Positions 58,744-64,000 of a DNA stretch of 64,000 nt are shown here, piece by piece. The DNA is from Rhizomicrobium sp. (GTDB taxonomy: Bacteria; Pseudomonadota; Alphaproteobacteria; Micropepsales; Micropepsaceae). The notes under the pieces are model-generated. The model was not told where the DNA came from and ran no database searches. It saw only the letters and a program-made list of their open reading frames with translations. The stretch covers positions 669,241 to 733,240 of the forward strand of contig JBBCHM010000002.1 in assembly GCA_037200045.1 (NCBI GenBank), read 5' to 3'. Every line of letters starts with the position of its first letter. The stretch's first letter is position 1. A program made the translations under genes and the position numbers.

Positions 58744-59619
58744 ATGATCGATAAACAAATCGGGTTGTCCGCCTTCGTCGCGAGTCTTCGCGACGGCATG
58801 ACGATCGGCATCGGTGGCTGGGCGACCCGCCGCAAGCCCATGACGCTGGTGCGCGCCATCGCGCGCTCCGGCCTGAAGGACCTGACGGTCGTTTCCTATG
58901 GCGGTCCGGACGTGGGCATCCTGGCGGCGGAGGGCAAGATCCGGAAGCTCGTTTTCGGATTCGTATCGCTGGATCACATCCCGCTCGATCCGCATTTCCG
59001 CGCCGCGCGCCAGGCCGGCGCCTTCGAGATTCTGGAACTGGACGAAGGCATGGTGCATTGGGGCCTGAGGGCCGCGGCCATGCATCTGCCGTTTCTGCCA
59101 TCCCGCAGCGGCCTCGCGACCGACATTGCCAACCAGCCGGAATTGAAGACGATCCGCAGCCCCTATGCCGACGGCGAGCTTCTGCTGGCCATGCCGGCGC
59201 TGAGGCTCGATGCGGCGCTCATCCATGTGCATCGCGCGGACCGGCACGGAAATGCGCTGATCCTGGGTCCCGACCCGTTCTTCGACGAATTGATGGCGAG
59301 GGCGGCGGAGCGCACCTACATCTCCACCGAGCGCCTGGTGAGCACCGAAGATCTCGCCATCGCCGAAAACGCCCGTTTCAACCCGTTCGAACGCAGCGTC
59401 GTGCAGGGCGTGATCCTGGCACCTTTCGGCGCGCATCCCACGGTCGCCACACCGGACTACGGCATCGACATGGCGCATCTGAAGGAATACGCCGCAAGCG
59501 CGGCGCCCGGCGCCTGGCAGGAATATCGCGCGCGATTCATCGCCGTCGAGCCCGAACGATATCTCGCCAGCGTCGGCGGCGCCGAGAATCTCGGCGCCTT
59601 GCCGGCGCCCATCTATTGA
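58744..59619 (+). CDS. ipdA: CoA-transferase-like subunit alpha, steroid C/D-ring hydrolase (IpdA/ScdL1)
   Basis: GIGGWATRRKPM, YGGPDVG, FVSLD, DEGMVHWGLRAAA, GAHPT. Confidence 0.88.
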   Translation: MIDKQIGLSAFVASLRDGMTIGIGGWATRRKPMTLVRAIARSGLKDLTVVSYGGPDVGILAAEGKIRKLVFGFVSLDHIPLDPHFRAARQAGAFEILELDEGMVHWGLRAAAMHLPFLPSRSGLATDIANQPELKTIRSPYADGELLLAMPALRLDAALIHVHRADRHGNALILGPDPFFDELMARAAERTYISTERLVSTEDLAIAENARFNPFERSVVQGVILAPFGAHPTVATPDYGIDMAHLKEYAASAAPGAWQEYRARFIAVEPERYLASVGGAENLGALPAPIY

Positions 59620-59627
59620 GCCCCGCC

Positions 59628-60437
59628 ATGACTTACGGCTACGCCCTCGCCGACCTTTGCATCTGCGCCGCGGCCGAAGCCTGGCGCCACGATGGCGAAG
59701 TTCTGGCGACCGGCATCACACCCATCCCGCGCCTCGCCGCGGGACTGGCAAAGCTCACCTTCAACGACGCGCTGCTGATGACCGACAGCGAAGCGTTTTT
59801 CGTGTCGGAGCCGGTGCCGCTCGGCCCGCGAAACGGCTATCAGCCGAAATTCGAAGGCTGGGCCTCCTACGCGCGCACCTTCGATTTGCTGTGGGGCGGC
59901 AAACGCCACGCCTTCGTCCTGCCGACGCAGATCGACCGCTTCGGCCAGGCGAACATCAGCGTTGTCGGCGATCATGCCAGGCCCAAGACGGCGCTGCTCG
60001 GTTCGCGCGGCTATCCCGGCAATTCGGTGCATCATCCCAACAGCTATTTCCTCCCGACGCACAACAAGCGCGCCTTCGTGGCGGGCGAAGTCGATTTCGT
60101 GTCGGCCGCCGGTTACAACCCCGCCCGATGGCCGGACGGGAAAAAACCGCCCGAGCTCGATCTGCGGCTGATCGTCAGCAATCTCGCGGTGCTCGATTTC
60201 GAGGGCCCCGACCATGCGATCCGCGTGCGTTCGCTGCACCCCGGCGTTTCGTTCGAAGACGTGCAGGACAAAACCGGCTTTGCGCTGGAAAAGGCGCCCG
60301 GCCTCGCGCAGACGCCGGCACCCACGCCCGCCCAGCTCGATCTCATCCGCACCAGACTCGATCCTCTCGGGTTGCGGCTCGGCGTGTTCAAGGACGACAG
60401 CGACGGCGCGTTCGTCGCGACCAAGGAGCCGGCATGA
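59628..60437 (+). CDS. ipdB: CoA-transferase-like subunit beta (IpdB/ScdL2)
   Basis: ADLCICAAAEAWRHDGEVL, LMTDSEA, QIDRFGQANIS, LGSRGYPGN, SLHPGV. Confidence 0.88.
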   Translation: MTYGYALADLCICAAAEAWRHDGEVLATGITPIPRLAAGLAKLTFNDALLMTDSEAFFVSEPVPLGPRNGYQPKFEGWASYARTFDLLWGGKRHAFVLPTQIDRFGQANISVVGDHARPKTALLGSRGYPGNSVHHPNSYFLPTHNKRAFVAGEVDFVSAAGYNPARWPDGKKPPELDLRLIVSNLAVLDFEGPDHAIRVRSLHPGVSFEDVQDKTGFALEKAPGLAQTPAPTPAQLDLIRTRLDPLGLRLGVFKDDSDGAFVATKEPA

Positions 60438-61321
60438 GCGATCTCATCGAACCGAAAAAGACCGATGTCGTCTACGAAACGGACGCGCCGGTCATCTATG
60501 TCGCGGAAGGCCCGATCGCGTGGATCACGATGAACCGCGAGCGGTATCACAACGTCCAGAACTCGCAGATGACCTACGCCCTCGACGCCGCCTTCCGGCG
60601 GGCTGTGGACGATGACGCGATCAAGGTGATCGTGCTGGGCGGCGCCGGAAAGCATTTCTCCGCCGGGCATGACATCGGCACGCCGGGCCGCGATCTGCAT
60701 CACAGCTTCGAGCGCCGCCACCTGCTCTACGATCACGTCAACAAGCCCGGCGCCGAACTTCTCTACACGCGCGAGCAGGAAGTCTATCTCGGCATGTGCC
60801 GGCGCTGGCGCGACCTGCCCAAGCCGACCATCGCCATGGTGCAAGGCGCCTGTATCGCGGGCGCGCTCATGCTGGCCTGGGTGTGCGACTTCATCGTCGC
60901 GTCCGACGATGCCTTCTTCCAGGATCCGGTGGTGCGGATGGGAATCCCCGGCGTGGAATATTTCGCGCATGCCTTCGAGCTGCCGCCGCGCATTGCCAAG
61001 GAGTTCCTGCTCCTGGGCGAGCGGATGTCCGCCGAACGCGCCGCGCAATTCGGCATGGTCAACCGGGTGGTTCCACGCGCCGCGCTCAAGGACGAAGTCG
61101 GCGCCATGGCGGCGAAACTCGCCGCGCAGCCGCGCCTGGGCGTGTGGCTGAGCAAGCAGGCGATCAATCACGTGGAGGAATTGCGCGGCAAGCGCACGGC
61201 GATGGACGCCGTCTTTCACATGCACCATTTCGCGCACGCCCAGAACGACCTGGTGAGCGGCGACAGCCTGGCGGGACTGGACGGCAAGTCCATGGCGCAG
61301 GCGAACAAGACGCAGGGATAA
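60434..61321 (+). CDS. echA13: Enoyl-CoA hydratase (EchA13/ScdN-like)
   Basis: NVQNSQMTYALD, FSAGHDIG, REQEVYLGMCRRWR, MGIPGVEYFAH. Confidence 0.82.
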   Translation: MSDLIEPKKTDVVYETDAPVIYVAEGPIAWITMNRERYHNVQNSQMTYALDAAFRRAVDDDAIKVIVLGGAGKHFSAGHDIGTPGRDLHHSFERRHLLYDHVNKPGAELLYTREQEVYLGMCRRWRDLPKPTIAMVQGACIAGALMLAWVCDFIVASDDAFFQDPVVRMGIPGVEYFAHAFELPPRIAKEFLLLGERMSAERAAQFGMVNRVVPRAALKDEVGAMAAKLAAQPRLGVWLSKQAINHVEELRGKRTAMDAVFHMHHFAHAQNDLVSGDSLAGLDGKSMAQANKTQG

Positions 61322-61338
61322 CGCGGTTGGGCAATGCC

Positions 61339-62406
61339 TTGACGACACCGCTGACGCGCCTCCTGGGCTGCCGCTATCCCGTCATCCAGACGGCGATGGG
61401 CTGGGTCGCGACACCCCGGCTCGTGGCCGCAGCCTGTGAAGCCGGCGCGTTCGGCTTTCTTGCCGGCGCGGTGATGACCGCGCGCGAACTGGAAGCCGCC
61501 ATCGCGGAGGTCCGCGAAAAGACGCAAGCGCCTTTCGGCGTGAACTTTCACATGTTCCAGCCCGAGGCGGCCGCGATCGTGGATATCGTCATCGCCCATC
61601 GCGTCCGTGCGGTGAGCTTCGGTCGCGGGCCGGATGCCACGGCGATCGCCCGGTTCCGCAAGGCCGGCATCCTCTGCGTTCCCACCGTCGGCGCGCTGAA
61701 ACATGCGCGCAAAATGGAGGAGCTCGGCGTGGACATGCTTGTCGTGCAAGGCGGCGAAGGTGGCGGCCATACCGGCGGCGTGGCGACAACCGTGCTGCTG
61801 CCCCAGGTGCTCGATGCGGTTGCCGTCCCCGTGGTCGCGGCGGGCGGCTTCGCGGATGGCCGCGGCCTTGCGGCCGCGCTCGCCTATGGCGCGGTGGGAA
61901 TCGCCATGGGCACGCGCTTCCTTCTGACGCAGGAAAGTCCCGTGCCTGCGGCCACCAAACAGCGCTACCTAGCAGCCGACGCTGGCGACATCGTGGTTTC
62001 GACCAAGCTGGACGGCCTGCCCCAGCGGATGATCCGCAACCGCGTTCTGGCTCGCATCGACCGATCCGGGCGCTGGTCCATGTGGCTGCGCGGCTTGCGG
62101 GCGGCCGTTGCGATGAAGCGGCAAACAGGCGCGAGCTGGCCTAAGTTGTTCAGCGCCGCCCGCAAAATGAGAAGAAGCGGCGGCCTCGGCTTGGCCCAAG
62201 CGATGATGGCGGGCACCGCGCCGACGCTGATACGCAAAGCCATCGTCGAAGGCGAACCCGAGAACGGCATCCTGCCCAGCGGGCAGATCGCCGGCCTGAT
62301 CGACGAGATCCCTACCTGCCACGACCTGGTGGATCGCATCGCAGAAGAAGCCCGGCAATGCATCGCGGCACTGGCGCCGTACGCAGCCGCAGCAGCACAA
62401 GCGTGA
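61339..62406 (+). CDS. ipdC: Nitronate monooxygenase-family enoyl-CoA reductase (IpdC/ScdK-like)
   Basis: YPVIQTAMGWV, QGGEGGGHTG, AAGGFADGRG, MGTRFL; TTG start at 61327 or 61339. Confidence 0.82.
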   Translation: MTTPLTRLLGCRYPVIQTAMGWVATPRLVAAACEAGAFGFLAGAVMTARELEAAIAEVREKTQAPFGVNFHMFQPEAAAIVDIVIAHRVRAVSFGRGPDATAIARFRKAGILCVPTVGALKHARKMEELGVDMLVVQGGEGGGHTGGVATTVLLPQVLDAVAVPVVAAGGFADGRGLAAALAYGAVGIAMGTRFLLTQESPVPAATKQRYLAADAGDIVVSTKLDGLPQRMIRNRVLARIDRSGRWSMWLRGLRAAVAMKRQTGASWPKLFSAARKMRRSGGLGLAQAMMAGTAPTLIRKAIVEGEPENGILPSGQIAGLIDEIPTCHDLVDRIAEEARQCIAALAPYAAAAAQA

Positions 62407-62413
62407 GGACGTC

Positions 62414-63163
62414 ATGCCCATCGCCACCGAGATTCACGGTCGCATCGCCGAGATCATCCTGGACCATCCCCCCGTCAATGCGCTCGATTCGACGCTGTGG
62501 AACGCGTTTCCCGGCCACGTCCGCGAGCTTGGGGCTCGCGAAGATATTCACTGCGTCCTGATCTACGGCCGGGGACGCGGCTTCTGCGCCGGGGTCGATA
62601 TCAAGGAGATGCAGGCGCATCCCGAGCGCATCACGCTTCTCAACCGCGGCAATTATCTGAGCTTCAAGGCCGTGCGCGAATGTCCGGTTCCGGTCGTCGT
62701 TGCCGCGCACGGCTTCGTCATGGGCAGCGGCATCGGCCTGTGCGGCGCGAGCGACACGATCATCGCATCCGACGATTGCCATTTCGCGCTGCCCGAAATC
62801 GACCGCGGCGCCATGGGTGGTGCTTCGCACCTGTTGCGCATGCTGCCGCTGCACAAGGTCCGCGCTGCCTTCTTCACCGGCGGCCGCATTACGGCGCAGG
62901 AAGCCTGGCGGCTGGGCGCGATCGAGAAGATCGTGCCGAAGGCTGAGCTGGTCGAAGAGGCGCGGGCCTTCTGCGGGGTCATCGCCGGCAAGAGCCGAAC
63001 GGCGCTGGTGCTGGCCAAGCAGGCGCTCAACGGCATCGAAGCGCGCGATGTCGACCGCGACTACCGCTTCGAACAGGGCTTCACGCTGGAAATGTACATG
63101 CACGCGGACAGCCAGAAATCCCGCGACGCCTTCGTCAGCAAGGGCGACAAGGCCGAATTTTGA
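62414..63163 (+). CDS. echA20: Enoyl-CoA hydratase (EchA20/ScdY-like)
   Basis: PPVNAL, FCAGVDIKE, LPEIDRG, YRFEQGFT. Confidence 0.85.
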   Translation: MPIATEIHGRIAEIILDHPPVNALDSTLWNAFPGHVRELGAREDIHCVLIYGRGRGFCAGVDIKEMQAHPERITLLNRGNYLSFKAVRECPVPVVVAAHGFVMGSGIGLCGASDTIIASDDCHFALPEIDRGAMGGASHLLRMLPLHKVRAAFFTGGRITAQEAWRLGAIEKIVPKAELVEEARAFCGVIAGKSRTALVLAKQALNGIEARDVDRDYRFEQGFTLEMYMHADSQKSRDAFVSKGDKAEF

Positions 63164-63173
63164 GGCGCATGCG

Positions 63174-64000
63174 ATGGACCTGACTTACACCTTCGAGCAA
63201 AAGGCATTCCGCGCCGAGGCTCGCACGTGGCTGGAGGAGAACGTTCCGGCCGAACCGCTTGCCTCCTTCGACACGCCGGCAGGATTCGAAGCGCATCGTA
63301 GCTGGGAACGGCGCCTGCATGCCGGCGGTTTCGGCACGGTCACGTGGCCCAAGGAATATGGCGGCCGCGGTCTCAACCTCATCGAGTGGCTGATCTTCGA
63401 GGAAGAATACTATCGCGCGCAGGCACCGGGCCGGGTGAACCAGAACGGCATTTTTTTGCTCGCGCCGACCATGATGGAGTTCGGCACGCCGGAGCAGAAA
63501 GCGCGGTTCCTGCCCGCCATGGCGCGAGGCGACGAGATCTGGGCGCAGGCCTGGTCCGAGCCGCAGGCCGGCAGCGATCTGGCCGCCGTGCGCGCCAGCG
63601 CCACGCGCGACGGCGACGTCTACGTCCTCAACGGCCATAAGATCTGGTCGTCGCGCGCCGTCTTTGCCGATTGGGCGTTTGGCCTGTTCCGCACCGATCC
63701 GTCCTCGCAGCGGCACAAGGAGCTTTCCCTGATCCTCTTCCCGCTGCATGCGCCGGGCGTACGGGTGCAGCCCATCCGGCAGATCGGGGGCGAGCCGGGC
63801 TTTGCCGAGATTTTCCTCGACGATGTTCGGATACCGGCTCAGAACCGGTTGGGCGACGAAGGCGCAGGCTGGAAGGTCTGCATGGCAACGGCGGGCTTCG
63901 AGCGCGGCCTCATGCTACGCAGCCCCGGCCGGTTTCAGGCAACGGCGAAGCGCCTGGTGGAACTGTGGCGCCGCCGATCGCACACGCCGGACCCCGCCAT
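63174..64000 (+). CDS. fadE31: Acyl-CoA dehydrogenase (FadE31/ScdM1-like), truncated by the right edge
   Basis: Manual translation MDLTYTFEQKAFRAE..., RVNQNGIFLLAPT, WAQAWSEPQAGSDLA, GHKIWSSRA, FERGLMLRSPGRF. Confidence 0.85.
   Translation, partial: MDLTYTFEQKAFRAEARTWLEENVPAEPLASFDTPAGFEAHRSWERRLHAGGFGTVTWPKEYGGRGLNLIEWLIFEEEYYRAQAPGRVNQNGIFLLAPTMMEFGTPEQKARFLPAMARGDEIWAQAWSEPQAGSDLAAVRASATRDGDVYVLNGHKIWSSRAVFADWAFGLFRTDPSSQRHKELSLILFPLHAPGVRVQPIRQIGGEPGFAEIFLDDVRIPAQNRLGDEGAGWKVCMATAGFERGLMLRSPGRFQATAKRLVELWRRRSHTPDPA

Overview
GC-rich (roughly two-thirds G+C by eye) chromosomal window, most likely alphaproteobacterial (inferred from gene content and motif types). It is almost entirely protein-coding; I found no rRNA, tRNA, CRISPR array or mobile element. 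Modules from left to right: (1) FixL/FixJ-type two-component cluster (1-3.9 kb). (2) Sulfur-starvation locus (4.2-14.7 kb): Cys/Met-depleted TonB receptor, FAD/NAD(P)-binding protein, LLM monooxygenase, Tat-signal HisC-like aminotransferase, serine acetyltransferase, ssuA, ssuD, with a shared three-copy upstream motif. (3) Heme uptake hmuVUTS/hmuR with Fur-like boxes (14.7-21.3 kb). (4) mhp-like meta-cleavage cluster with a TonB receptor, two unrelated extradiol dioxygenases, a GntR regulator and a Baeyer-Villiger monooxygenase, but no mhpA (22-34 kb). (5) Na+/H+ antiporter, SDRs, beta-propeller sensor kinase with response regulator, AraC, MFS (34-43.8 kb). (6) An uncharacterised FadR-type regulon with four TGTCNGACA sites (43.9-58.7 kb): MFS, TonB receptor, flavoprotein, lactonase, SDR, 59-aa ORF, CoA ligase, DUF35 plus Ltp2-like aldolase, crotonase, a DapA-fold protein lacking the catalytic Lys, and an OYE-type reductase. 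It runs directly into (7) a steroid C/D-ring (ipdAB-echA13-ipdC-echA20-fadE31 / scdL1L2NKYM1) operon cut by the right edge. Best leads: a flavoprotein with a CysE-like C-terminal tail (FVDLGAGI) next to a tail-less CysE, and the FadR regulon with its non-canonical DapA protein. All family assignments come from motif recognition by eye, with no database searches.
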